Source: a virus. Taken from it: a stretch of 64,000 bases of DNA. Position numbers and translations under genes: made by a program. The notes below the pieces were generated by a model. That model made no database searches and had not been told where the DNA came from. It saw only the letters and a list, made by a program, of their open reading frames with translations. Shown piece after piece: positions 49,330 through 57,697 of the stretch. The stretch lies in the IMG/VR virus record IMGVR_UViG_3300049736_000695, positions 1-64,000 of that record; one strand, given 5' to 3'. Every line of letters begins with the position of its first letter. The stretch's first letter is position 1.

Positions 49330-49502
49330 ACCTCTCTCATGATTCTTTAGAAAACTATTACAGAGTGAACTATCAACTAATGCAAAATTTTCAATACTCT
49401 TTAACAGAAATAGATTTAATGATACCTTGGGAGAGGGAAGTATATCTAACGTTACTTACAGAAGACTTAAAAGAAAAGAATGAACAAGCCCAAAGGGGAT
49501 AG
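49317..49502 (+). CDS. gp51: gp51-like baseplate hub assembly ORF, probably reached by -1 frameshift from gp26
   Basis: Not in ORF track: NLSHDSLENYYRVNYQLMQNFQYSLTEIDLMIPWEREVYL...; no start codon ahead of the conserved part; T8 run at 49317-49324. Confidence 0.8.
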   Translation, partial: FFFLNLSHDSLENYYRVNYQLMQNFQYSLTEIDLMIPWEREVYLTLLTEDLKEKNEQAQRG

Positions 49503-49504
49503 CA

Positions 49505-51025
49505 ATGGCTACATTAGCTGATATTAACGAAACGTTACAATCTAATCAAAAGCTAGCTGAAGACACTAATAAAAATATTAGTGAAATGAAAGTTGGTATA
49601 TTAGGTTTTTTTGATTTTGAAAAAAGAAAAAGACTTGATGATTTAGAAGCGTCAAGGGAAAAGAAAAATAATCAAGCCGCAGCTATATCTAGTGCTACAC
49701 AAGAAGGTAAAAAAGATGGGGTTGACGGTGAATTTGGTTTTGGAAATATTGGAAATTTCTTAGGTGGTCTGGGTTTTGGTAAGTTGTTAAGTGGTGCTGG
49801 TAAACTCTTTTCATTAGCATTTCTAGCAAGAATATTTAAACGCGGTATTTTCGGTACTATAGCTGTAATGCTTGCAGATGAGATTGCAAGTGGTGTAAAG
49901 GCTTTGACTGGTTCGGATCTTGCTGGTGCGTTAACAGAAGCTGGAATTGTTGGTGGTGGCTTAGGAGCTATGTTTGGGCCTAAGGGAATTATAATTGGAG
50001 CAATGGCTGGAGTAATTACAACATCTGCAAAAGCTTTTGGTGATTATGTAGAAGAAGAACTGAAAAAGCAAGATATAGATTTTGCACCGATAATAGGAGA
50101 AGCAGCTGGCGCAACTACTAATATTGCAGGATTTGCTACAGTTGGAGGACTAGTCCTAGGACCATTGGGAGCAATAGCAGGTGCAATTATTGGTGGATCT
50201 GTTTCATTATTTCAAACATACCAAAGATACCAAAATGATCCAGAGTTTAAGAAACTTGTAGATGAAAAAGCTGCAAACATTAAAAAGAATGTTGAAGATA
50301 GTATAATAGCTGCAGGTAATTTTATATTAGATTCATTAGATAAAATTGCTCCAGATTTAATTACAACAAAAGATGAAAAAGATGCTTTCAGACAAGCAAA
50401 ACCTGAACGAGCAAAATTACTCGATGAAACTCAAAAAGAAGTAAATATATTAGCCCGCAAAAAATTATATGAACCAGAATCATTTAGTGAAATTGATAGA
50501 AAAAAATTAACTGCATCAACAGCGTTGCTAAGTGAACTTCGAGCAGAACGTGATGCATTTCTTAATAGTGATAATAGAGATGCCATGCTTAGACGAGGAT
50601 CCTCTCAAGGCGGAATGACTGCAGAACAAGCAGCTGAGGCATTTGGGGCAAAGACCACAAAGGCAGATATAAAAACTGCCGATGAAATAATAAAATTTGT
50701 AGCAGTTAAAAGAGATAAAGAAAGAAAAATTGATTCTTTTACTAGAGGCTTAAAAGGTAGAGCTTTGGAAAGTTCACTATCACGGCAATTTGGCATAAGT
50801 GATATGACTAAAATAAAAGAACTGGCTAAAGAAATGAATATGTCGCTTATAGACTATTTTGAAAAATATAGAACAGTTGGTGTAAATACAACACCACCAG
50901 CTGTTGTTGATGCTTCTGTTACTAATGTTGGAAGTGCAACCACCGCTCTCGTTGGATCAGGCACAAACTCATTTGACGCAAATAATCCATTAGTACGAAG
51001 AGCGATGGAAGCTGTTGTTCTTTAG
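49505..51025 (+). CDS. tape-measure/baseplate hub gp29-like protein
   Basis: Follows gp26/gp51; Gly/Ala-rich hydrophobic segments between helical charged regions. Confidence 0.6.
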   Translation: MATLADINETLQSNQKLAEDTNKNISEMKVGILGFFDFEKRKRLDDLEASREKKNNQAAAISSATQEGKKDGVDGEFGFGNIGNFLGGLGFGKLLSGAGKLFSLAFLARIFKRGIFGTIAVMLADEIASGVKALTGSDLAGALTEAGIVGGGLGAMFGPKGIIIGAMAGVITTSAKAFGDYVEEELKKQDIDFAPIIGEAAGATTNIAGFATVGGLVLGPLGAIAGAIIGGSVSLFQTYQRYQNDPEFKKLVDEKAANIKKNVEDSIIAAGNFILDSLDKIAPDLITTKDEKDAFRQAKPERAKLLDETQKEVNILARKKLYEPESFSEIDRKKLTASTALLSELRAERDAFLNSDNRDAMLRRGSSQGGMTAEQAAEAFGAKTTKADIKTADEIIKFVAVKRDKERKIDSFTRGLKGRALESSLSRQFGISDMTKIKELAKEMNMSLIDYFEKYRTVGVNTTPPAVVDASVTNVGSATTALVGSGTNSFDANNPLVRRAMEAVVL

Positions 51026-51927
51026 TCTTCTTGTGCTAGTTTAGCAAAATAAGACATTGTATCATCATCACTTTGAAGATTAACTTCTTCAGCCGTGATT
51101 GGCTCAGCAACTTTATATTCAGGTTGCGGAGCTGGTGTATGCATTTGAGATTCTTGTCTCATAGTCGGTGCACCCATCGATGATTCCTCACCTAGAACTC
51201 GGGCTAATTTAGTTTTAAGTTCATCGTAGGTTTTATAGTTCTTTGCATCGTTGAATTCATTAAGATCATGCAATTGATTATACACTGCTTCTAGCTTAGC
51301 TTCATCTGACTCATAAAGAGCAGTTCCACTAGCAAACTCAGATTTATCATAGTTACGATAACCTTCGACCTGACGAATTTTAAGTTTGAAGTTAGCACCA
51401 TCCCAGAAATCAAATGGATTGATTGCTTTTTCATCAGCGAATGATGGTTGCATAACATCCATAATCTTATCAAAGATTTTCTTACCAAACTTATAGAGTA
51501 CAACACGACCTTGATTATGAGGTGCAGATGGATCTTCTACTACTAATGCATTAACTACGTAATGCAAACGCCGCTTTTGTGCACGTGCGGTTTCTTTATC
51601 GGCTTCAATCCCAGAATTCCAGAGTCTGGAGTTGAGTTCGCCAACAGGGTCAGGTTGACCAATCGATGTAAGACTATTTTCGATATACCAAAGACCGGTT
51701 GGTCCTTTGAATCCATGATCCCAGTATCTGACCCATGGTAGTTCTGAACCTTCTGCGGCTGGTAAGAAACGTAAGACTGCATATCCATTACCTGCCTTGT
51801 CTACGGTTGGTTTCCAGATACGCTCATCATCATAGTTTTTCTTTTCACCACCACCGACTGCTTCGGCTGCTTTTACGAGTTGTGAGATATCTGTACCGCG
51901 ATTGCGTTTAAGTGATTCGAATGACAT
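51022..51927 (-). CDS. gp32: single-stranded DNA-binding protein gp32
   Basis: D.R.WK..VDKAGNG.AV.RFLP, H.F.GP.G.WYIE.S, KFGKKIFDKI, NPFDFW.GANFKLK, NYDKSEF. Confidence 0.96.
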   Translation of the reverse strand: MSFESLKRNRGTDISQLVKAAEAVGGGEKKNYDDERIWKPTVDKAGNGYAVLRFLPAAEGSELPWVRYWDHGFKGPTGLWYIENSLTSIGQPDPVGELNSRLWNSGIEADKETARAQKRRLHYVVNALVVEDPSAPHNQGRVVLYKFGKKIFDKIMDVMQPSFADEKAINPFDFWDGANFKLKIRQVEGYRNYDKSEFASGTALYESDEAKLEAVYNQLHDLNEFNDAKNYKTYDELKTKLARVLGEESSMGAPTMRQESQMHTPAPQPEYKVAEPITAEEVNLQSDDDTMSYFAKLAQED

Positions 51928-51962
51928 ATTTATTTTTTCCTTGTATAGCTGAAATATGATTA

Positions 51963-51991
51963 ATTATAACACAGTATTGCTGTAATGTAAA
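51963..51991 (-). promoter_or_regulatory. sigma70-type promoter for gp32
   Basis: TTTACA-N17-TATAAT. Confidence 0.75.
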
Positions 51992-52007
51992 TCTATATAT
52001 ATTCATC

Positions 52008-52241
52008 TTATTCGAATAAAGCTGAATCAATAGAATTTGTTTTAGGTAGGAAGTTGAGGTTCATTGCTTCTGCCTCAAGCTTCCCTTTGATGATAGGTGA
52101 TATGAACTTATTGACATCTACTGGATCAATATCATTCTTATCACATAGATAGAGGATGGCATCCATGTAACTGATATGCATATCAACCACCGCTTTCTCT
52201 ATCAATTGCGTGAATTTACTTTTGTTGAGAAAGTCACTCAT
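52008..52241 (-). CDS. gp33: late transcription coactivator gp33
   Basis: F...IE..V.....SYMDAI...C....ID...V.K.IS..IK.KLE.EA..LNFL. Confidence 0.88.
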   Translation of the reverse strand: MSDFLNKSKFTQLIEKAVVDMHISYMDAILYLCDKNDIDPVDVNKFISPIIKGKLEAEAMNLNFLPKTNSIDSALFE

Positions 52242-53365
52242 TTATCTAATACCCTTAATAAGATTGTATCACTACCTAATCTACCATTTGGTATACTAGT
52301 TTTAGTAGTAAGTGTTTTCCATTCCTTATCAATTTGATTTGGTGTCTTACCCAAGACGATAGGAAGGAAAGCGTCAGGCTTTCTGAGTTTTACCGTCCGA
52401 CTATTTACTTTATCAATATTCTTGATAGAGGTGCCAGAGATCTCAAATCCTTTTACGTCCTGAGTAATATATTCCGTCAATGCACGTGTCTTAGTATTGA
52501 ACGTGTATAGACGGGTACCACCTACAATTTTAATAGGAGGTATTGACACTAGCTTAAATTCAGTATCTTCTTTCTTATACTGAACTTTAGCCACTTGTTT
52601 ATCTGCAGCTTTTGGTTGCTTTACCCGCGTTGCACGAGTAGCTTTTGCTGCAGAACGGATACGATCACAGTCAGCCAACATATCTTGGCAAGCTTTAATC
52701 CTCCGATTGAGTTCTGGTCTTTTCAAATGTGCATATCCTTCTACTGCATCTTCGCAGCGTTTGTGATATGCATCTTCATAATCAAGTAACCAGCCTTCAA
52801 TTACTTGTCTTACTGATGCAACAGCTGCACCGGTAAGACCATGTCTTTTAAATTCCTGATAGATATCAAGTTCAGCTTTTTCACCATCAATCCATTTATC
52901 TTCAAGATCAAGAAGATCTTGCATAATAGTATTACTAATCTTCTTTTGCAAACGTTGCATTGGTGAAAGAGATACTACAGTAGCAGAGTCTTTGAGCTTT
53001 GCTTGCTTTTCAAAGTAGATATCTTTACCTGACTCTACAAGCGTCATCACGTACTTGTATAGACCTTCAGCATACTTACTAGATTTTTCGTCTAGCTTAA
53101 GTCCACTGTTAATCCAAAAAGCGGTAGCACAATAGTGAGTGAAGATATAGAACTTATATTCAGGATTTGACAGGGCAAACTTTTGATTTTTAGAATCAAC
53201 GTTTGATTTAATATAAGACTTGAGCGTATTAATAAGATCTTTACGATCAACTTCTATATGAAAGTAATATTTTACAGCATCGAAGCCTTTGTCAATTGGT
53301 GCACCAGCAAGACCGGTTCTAGCACGTGCTCTGACTTTAGCTTTTTTACGTTTTACCATAGGCAT
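52238..53365 (-). CDS. conserved hypothetical T4-like phage protein
   Basis: 375 aa; EGY.HL, SI.P..IVG...LY.FNTK.R.L, GF.I.GTSI, LRKP, NGR...DTILL. Confidence 0.75.
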   Translation of the reverse strand: MPMVKRKKAKVRARARTGLAGAPIDKGFDAVKYYFHIEVDRKDLINTLKSYIKSNVDSKNQKFALSNPEYKFYIFTHYCATAFWINSGLKLDEKSSKYAEGLYKYVMTLVESGKDIYFEKQAKLKDSATVVSLSPMQRLQKKISNTIMQDLLDLEDKWIDGEKAELDIYQEFKRHGLTGAAVASVRQVIEGWLLDYEDAYHKRCEDAVEGYAHLKRPELNRRIKACQDMLADCDRIRSAAKATRATRVKQPKAADKQVAKVQYKKEDTEFKLVSIPPIKIVGGTRLYTFNTKTRALTEYITQDVKGFEISGTSIKNIDKVNSRTVKLRKPDAFLPIVLGKTPNQIDKEWKTLTTKTSIPNGRLGSDTILLRVLDK

Positions 53366-53391
53366 AAGAATTCTCCTCTTTTTTCATTCTT

Positions 53392-53435
53392 TATATATTC
53401 TATCACAGTTTCACGCAAATGTACACAGTTAATTT
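53392..53435 (-). promoter_or_regulatory. early promoter, copy of a 44-bp exact repeat
   Basis: TGTACA-N17-TAGAAT with TGn; identical to 55380-55423. Confidence 0.85.
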
Positions 53436-53444
53436 CACTATTTG

Positions 53445-53478
53445 TGAAAATAGTTGGAGCCAGGTTAAGCTGGTCCAA
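53445..53478 (-). terminator. possible intrinsic terminator
   Basis: TTGGACCAG-loop-CTGGCTCCAA hairpin followed by CTATTTT, downstream of the 53514 gene. Confidence 0.4.
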
Positions 53479-53513
53479 AGTTAGTGTATGTCTATACATC
53501 AACTGCACCAGAT

Positions 53514-53855
53514 TTAGCGTCTCATATTTGCGATGTCAATTGCATCCTTAGAATCTTTACGGACAGGTACCATATTTGATTTATGAAGAGTACCAATGCC
53601 AGCGAGCTCATCACCAGTATATTGATTAGCTTTACGCTTACCTTCTACCTTCATGATGAGATCGCTGGTGGGCACTGTCTCGGTTACGGTATAATCTGGA
53701 AGGTCAGCTTTCCAGCGACTACCCTTTTGATAGCCCAAAGACTTGAGGAGCTTTGCTGTTTCAGCTTCAGCTTGAAGTACAGCTTGCGTCTTTTTACGGG
53801 CTTTTCTCTTACGAGAAGAAAGCGTAGTCATACCGCGAACGAGGTGCATAGTCAT
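53514..53855 (-). CDS. conserved basic hypothetical protein
   Basis: YTG..L.GI.TLHKSN.VPV...A.DIA.MRR motif. Confidence 0.75.
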   Translation of the reverse strand: MTMHLVRGMTTLSSRKRKARKKTQAVLQAEAETAKLLKSLGYQKGSRWKADLPDYTVTETVPTSDLIMKVEGKRKANQYTGDELAGIGTLHKSNMVPVRKDSKDAIDIANMRR

Positions 53856-54022
53856 GATCTTTTATATCCCTTCCTTGTCATATCGTTGATGCGTTCTTGC
53901 AAATACTGACGAACAATCTTTTGAATTTGATCATACTGACCATCAGTAATTGATTTCATACGCTCCAGCTCACCTTCGAATACACGAACTGCCATCATAC
54001 GATCACTAGATAAGTTTTCCAT
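53852..54022 (-). CDS. 56-aa hypothetical protein (probably leaderless)
   Basis: MENLSSDRMMAVRVFEGELERMK...; ATGA overlap with next gene; ATG 7 nt after a -10 box. Confidence 0.65.
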   Translation of the reverse strand: MENLSSDRMMAVRVFEGELERMKSITDGQYDQIQKIVRQYLQERINDMTRKGYKRS

Positions 54023-54026
54023 TATA

Positions 54027-54686
54027 CTATTCTATCACAGTTTCCTCTGTTTGTACACCGTTAATTGCATCTACAAGCACTTTTGCCTCTTCTAATTCAG
54101 CAGTTTTTTGTGCTTTCACGTTGTCATCAAGTTCTTTGAATGCACGAGTTTCACGTAGCTTTTCAAGCAAGACTTCATTCTGTGCTATACGTGTCTTAAT
54201 AACACTATTAGCAACCGCGTTCTTGTACTCCAGAAGTACGTATGCACGATACTGTGTACCATTTTGTACGATCTGATTCTCTTTGACAGTATAACCTGCA
54301 ACATCTGCATCTGCAATCAGATTACGAGTTACCTGTTCAAAGTTATTTTGAACAGTGGCATCAAAGTCCGATGATCCCAATTTTGTTTTAAACAACTTCA
54401 TTTGAGAACGAATACGACTATCAACACGATCGGCAAGAGTAGTCTTAGCTGATAGTACTGCAATGTCAACCGCTAACTGAAGATCTGGCGTGACTGCAGT
54501 ACCGACTGCATATACGGCATCTTCTTCCTTAGGAATGTTTGTATACCAATTTGGCATATTATCAATTTGCTTTTCAACTTGAGCTGATTGATATTCAAAC
54601 ATTTGTTGCGACATTAATGTCTCTGGTGGGGTTTTATCACAAGCTGCCACAGCTGCGACGAGAGGAATAAACGCTAACCTTTTCAT
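54027..54686 (-). CDS. lipoprotein (LPP20-like)
   Basis: MKRLAFIPLVAAVAAC lipobox-like signal; P.WY, YAVGTA...DLQLA...A...AK..LA. Confidence 0.7.
   Translation of the reverse strand: MKRLAFIPLVAAVAACDKTPPETLMSQQMFEYQSAQVEKQIDNMPNWYTNIPKEEDAVYAVGTAVTPDLQLAVDIAVLSAKTTLADRVDSRIRSQMKLFKTKLGSSDFDATVQNNFEQVTRNLIADADVAGYTVKENQIVQNGTQYRAYVLLEYKNAVANSVIKTRIAQNEVLLEKLRETRAFKELDDNVKAQKTAELEEAKVLVDAINGVQTEETVIE
54029..54057 (-). promoter_or_regulatory. early promoter embedded in lipoprotein 3' end
   Basis: TGTACA-N17-TAGAAT; shares 17 bp with the 44-bp promoter repeat. Confidence 0.7.
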
Positions 54687-54687
54687 T

Positions 54688-54813
54688 TTATACTCCATTC
54701 AAAACTGCGACAATATTATCGCGCATACCAGAAGTAACAAACCAATTCATAACTTCTGGGTTGTATGTCACTAGCATTGCACCAGCAATCATACCTAATA
54801 CAAATTTAATCAT
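54688..54813 (-). CDS. 41-aa membrane peptide
   Basis: MIKFVLGMIAGAMLVTYNPEVMNWF...; TAATG coupling. Confidence 0.6.
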   Translation of the reverse strand: MIKFVLGMIAGAMLVTYNPEVMNWFVTSGMRDNIVAVLNGV

Positions 54814-55091
54814 TATAAAATTCCCATACTGACCAATGTACTGAAGAGGTGAGTAACTCCATTACCTTCTTCTTCCACACCAAATAAAAACTCACCTACT
54901 GATCTGTTTTTGGCGGGTATTTCTTTCTCAATGATTATAGTTTTTGGCGGTGATTTGCAATCATATCGTTTAATATCATCGACTATACTACCATCTTTAA
55001 AAAACGTTCTTTGAGAATAGAAACAATCTTGTGCCTGTGCACTAGTTCCAATCGTTATCCATAGCAACAGTATCGCGCATCTTTTCACCAT
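54813..55091 (-). CDS. exported hypothetical protein
   Basis: Signal-peptide-like AILLLWITIGTSAQA; likely start MVKRC. Confidence 0.5.
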   Translation of the reverse strand: MVKRCAILLLWITIGTSAQAQDCFYSQRTFFKDGSIVDDIKRYDCKSPPKTIIIEKEIPAKNRSVGEFLFGVEEEGNGVTHLFSTLVSMGIL

Positions 55092-55350
55092 AGTATTTCT
55101 CCGCATATTGTGGCGCATCTTGATAATGATTATGATTTTCATCGTATTGATTATGAATTTTAGAAACATAATCATTAAATTTTTTGCGTTCCTTCTTATC
55201 TACTTCATCGACGTAACGTACTACACGTGCAGCACTAGCAGCTAGCCTTGCGCGTCTTGCTTTGATTTTTTCAAATCTTTCAGCAGCTTCGCGAATGGCT
55301 AGCATACGCTCTTCTTGAGTAGAATTCTTAGTAATAACATAATTTGACAT
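55042..55350 (-). CDS. hypothetical early protein
   Basis: GAGGAG SD; downstream of promoter repeat. Confidence 0.7.
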   Translation of the reverse strand: MSNYVITKNSTQEERMLAIREAAERFEKIKARRARLAASAARVVRYVDEVDKKERKKFNDYVSKIHNQYDENHNHYQDAPQYAEKYYGEKMRDTVAMDNDWN

Positions 55351-55379
55351 TTTTAGCTCCTCAGCTGTTTTTAATCTTG

Positions 55380-55423
55380 TATATATTCTATCACAGTTTC
55401 ACGCAAATGTACACAGTTAATTT
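55380..55423 (-). promoter_or_regulatory. early promoter, second copy of 44-bp exact repeat
   Basis: Identical to 53392-53435. Confidence 0.85.
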
Positions 55424-55441
55424 GCATTAAAGTGATTTTTT

Positions 55442-55651
55442 TTATGCAGCGTGTGCTGACCAATATTCATCCCAAAGATTATAGACCCATTCATCCTGCT
55501 CTGGTCCGCTCAAGTGCATAATATTAACAAAGCACTTATCTTCGACAAGTTTCCAGTTAAGAGCATCTGCTGATTCGCATTCTTCTATACGAGCCAATAC
55601 TGCATCTTCAAACTTTTCTTCACAATCCATAACGTAACTTGACATACCCAT
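55442..55651 (-). CDS. hypothetical early protein
   Basis: 69 aa, GAGGAG SD. Confidence 0.65.
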   Translation of the reverse strand: MGMSSYVMDCEEKFEDAVLARIEECESADALNWKLVEDKCFVNIMHLSGPEQDEWVYNLWDEYWSAHAA

Positions 55652-55788
55652 TATTTTTTCTCCTCAACATCAATTCCATAATATTCTTTTGGATCTACTT
55701 CAAATCGACCACATTCTGACAAATAAGGATTTTCAATCCAAATTCCTTCATACTCAAAACCTTCTGGCACTGCGTGACGATGTTCCAT
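55651..55788 (-). CDS. 45-aa hypothetical protein
   Basis: MEHRHAVPEGFEYEGIWIENPYLSECGRFEVDP...; TAATG coupling at both ends. Confidence 0.6.
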   Translation of the reverse strand: MEHRHAVPEGFEYEGIWIENPYLSECGRFEVDPKEYYGIDVEEKK

Positions 55789-56060
55789 TAGCGCACCTCA
55801 TAACCAAGATTATCATAAACCCAATCTTCACCGAGATCAGCAGCAAAAGCCATTACCACACCTTCGCGTGGATGTGTATCCATACGATCGATGAAATGAC
55901 GTAGTGAGCCCATATGACCTTTGTTGAAACGATGCTTAGCTTCGATGACATCATTACGATCTTCGGCATACATTTCAGCCATATCGTGATCAACACCAAC
56001 AAACTCAACGTGGCTTTTCCAAAGGGTTTCTTCCAACTTTGTAAGATTCTCTAAAAACAT
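55788..56060 (-). CDS. hypothetical early protein
   Basis: 90 aa, GAGGAG SD, downstream of promoter. Confidence 0.7.
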   Translation of the reverse strand: MFLENLTKLEETLWKSHVEFVGVDHDMAEMYAEDRNDVIEAKHRFNKGHMGSLRHFIDRMDTHPREGVVMAFAADLGEDWVYDNLGYEVR

Positions 56061-56097
56061 TTTAAGCTCCTCTTTGCTTTTTTCATTTTATAGATAT

Positions 56098-56126
56098 ATT
56101 ATATCACAAAAACCACGAAATGTACA
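56098..56126 (-). promoter_or_regulatory. early promoter
   Basis: TGTACA-N17-TATAAT with TGn. Confidence 0.8.
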
Positions 56127-56179
56127 CAAAAAAGTGCACGAGGTTATTCAACAAAAACAACTACTTGTAATTTTTTTTT

Positions 56180-56443
56180 CTAAGAACGATAAATATTAAG
56201 CAGATGCTGCTCAAATTGCTCGACTTTATCTATGCGATTGGGCCATAAAATGTATTCTTTTTCAGGATTTTTCTTAAGATTGTTAAGAAGAGGAACAATG
56301 GCGTTGTAAAGCTTATCAAGTTTATCTTGACTGGTTCTTGCTTCTACTGAAACATCACCTGCCGCCTTTTGTGCATCTTGTACAGCTTGTAATTCAGACT
56401 CATCTACTGCTGTAAAACCAAAATCAAACATATCATCAGACAT
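56180..56443 (-). CDS. conserved hypothetical T4-like protein
   Basis: FDFGFTAVDE.EL...PLL.NLKKNPEKEYI.WPNR; start MSDD after AGGAG. Confidence 0.75.
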   Translation of the reverse strand: MSDDMFDFGFTAVDESELQAVQDAQKAAGDVSVEARTSQDKLDKLYNAIVPLLNNLKKNPEKEYILWPNRIDKVEQFEQHLLNIYRS

Positions 56444-56579
56444 GACCGTCTCTCCTTTGATACATGTATTGAACAAAAATTATCCATCCAATAAATGCCC
56501 AAAAGAAATTGTACATAATTCCTTGAGATATTACCCAAGCAAACATTGAAACCATTATGTGGTCATACCATTTAAGCAT
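56436..56579 (-). CDS. 47-aa two-helix membrane peptide
   Basis: MLKWYDHIMVSMFAWVISQGIMYNFFWAFIGWIIF...; AAGGA SD. Confidence 0.55.
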   Translation of the reverse strand: MLKWYDHIMVSMFAWVISQGIMYNFFWAFIGWIIFVQYMYQRRDGHV

Positions 56580-56595
56580 TCATTATCCTTAAAGT

Positions 56596-56730
56596 GATAG
56601 AGGAGAGACGAAAGGAATATTTCTCTCCTCTATCTTATTGAGCAGAGCCAACTTATAAATGCTGGATGCGTTCTCCTTTGTTATCGTCCCTAACATTAGG
56701 GACTATCGGGTCTATTAAGCGACCAACCTA
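56596..56730 (-). ncRNA. candidate structured RNA downstream of tRNA-Gly
   Basis: Four consecutive hairpins including a perfect 13-bp stem (56596-56608/56622-56634). Confidence 0.4.
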
Positions 56731-56742
56731 TTCATATTTATA

Positions 56743-56816
56743 TGGAGCGGGTAACCGGAGTCGAACCGATGTCTTTGGCTTGGAAGGCGATTGTAATACC
56801 ATTATACTATACCCGC
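56743..56816 (-). tRNA. tRNA-Gly(TCC), imperfect anticodon stem
   Basis: GCGGGTA/TACCCGC acceptor stem, TTCGACT loop, CTTCCAA anticodon loop, encoded CCA. Confidence 0.85.
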
Positions 56817-56821
56817 ATTAT

Positions 56822-56898
56822 TGGCGATTCCGAGAGGACTCGAACCCCTGACCGATTGCTTAGAAGGCAATTGCTCTATCCAACTGAGCTACGGAACC
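56822..56898 (-). tRNA. tRNA-Arg(TCT)
   Basis: Full cloverleaf, ATTGC-CTTCTAA-GCAAT, TTCGAGT loop, encoded CCA. Confidence 0.95.
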
Positions 56899-56904
56899 AA
56901 ATAA

Positions 56905-57051
56905 GGAGAGTCTTTCTTATGAGGGCACTCTATAATTCCCACCTGCGTCTTTATTTTAAAGTCGTTTACAGGCTTAACCGCGTTATACCGCTCGACTATA
57001 GGATTAGAAGAAGCTCAACTGAGAGAGGAGCGAGACAGGAGCCTCTTCTAA
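56905..57051 (-). ncRNA. candidate structured RNA upstream of tRNA-Arg
   Basis: 13-bp stem 57004-57016/57039-57051 with pyrimidine-rich CTCCTCTCT loop; AGTCG/CGACT and AGAGT/ACTCT stems. Confidence 0.4.
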
Positions 57052-57056
57052 ACTTT

Positions 57057-57305
57057 TTACCATATCCACTCAACTTCGATACCAAACTCTGGTTCTTTAT
57101 CTTGTTCTTGAGTAACATGGTTGAATCCACTATTATGATATGTTTTTAGATTGATAAGTTTTTTGCCAGACTTTTCATATTCCTCTCTAAGTTCTGCAAA
57201 CTTATCTGTAAGACTTACACCATCACCATTGTACTCATCGAATGGGTGTGTTGTAAAATAAGAAAAGACACCTTCAGTATCATAGATTTTAGTAGTGTCT
57301 AACAT
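57057..57305 (-). CDS. hypothetical protein
   Basis: 82 aa, TAATG coupling. Confidence 0.65.
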   Translation of the reverse strand: MLDTTKIYDTEGVFSYFTTHPFDEYNGDGVSLTDKFAELREEYEKSGKKLINLKTYHNSGFNHVTQEQDKEPEFGIEVEWIW

Positions 57306-57613
57306 TATGCAACCTCACGATTACAATTGAACTCGGCATATGCCACATCCAAATCGTCCATAGTGGTACAAAGGCTTAGCAAATACCGAGCATTGCCTTT
57401 TGATGTTAAGCCAGCAATATAGTCAAACAGACCATAGTACTCCATTTGGTATTCATACTGCTCGACAGTAGTAATACCTTGCTCTGCCCAATGTGCTGGG
57501 TCAGTCACGGTCATACCGTAGTAAGAACCAGGATTTTCATCCATCCACTTCTTACCTTCAGCATTTTTAGCTTCGATATGGGCCTGTAGTGCAATTTGAT
57601 CTTTAGTAAACAT
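57305..57613 (-). CDS. hypothetical early protein
   Basis: Likely start MFTKDQ after GAGGAG; D..HW...GITTVEQ motif. Confidence 0.7.
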   Translation of the reverse strand: MFTKDQIALQAHIEAKNAEGKKWMDENPGSYYGMTVTDPAHWAEQGITTVEQYEYQMEYYGLFDYIAGLTSKGNARYLLSLCTTMDDLDVAYAEFNCNREVA

Positions 57614-57645
57614 AATATGAACTCCTCTTTTCATTTTATAGATCT

Positions 57646-57674
57646 ATTATACACTATTTTTACGGCAATGTACA
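57646..57674 (-). promoter_or_regulatory. early promoter
   Basis: TGTACA-N17-TATAAT with the shared upstream AAATTAACTG. Confidence 0.8.
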
Positions 57675-57697
57675 CAGTTAATTTGCATTTTTTTCAA

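Noticed and set aside
53392-57690. CRISPR array or att sites from repeated intergenic sequence
   Set aside because: Copies are kilobases apart, separated by genes, and fit a -35/-10 promoter geometry; no cas or integrase genes.
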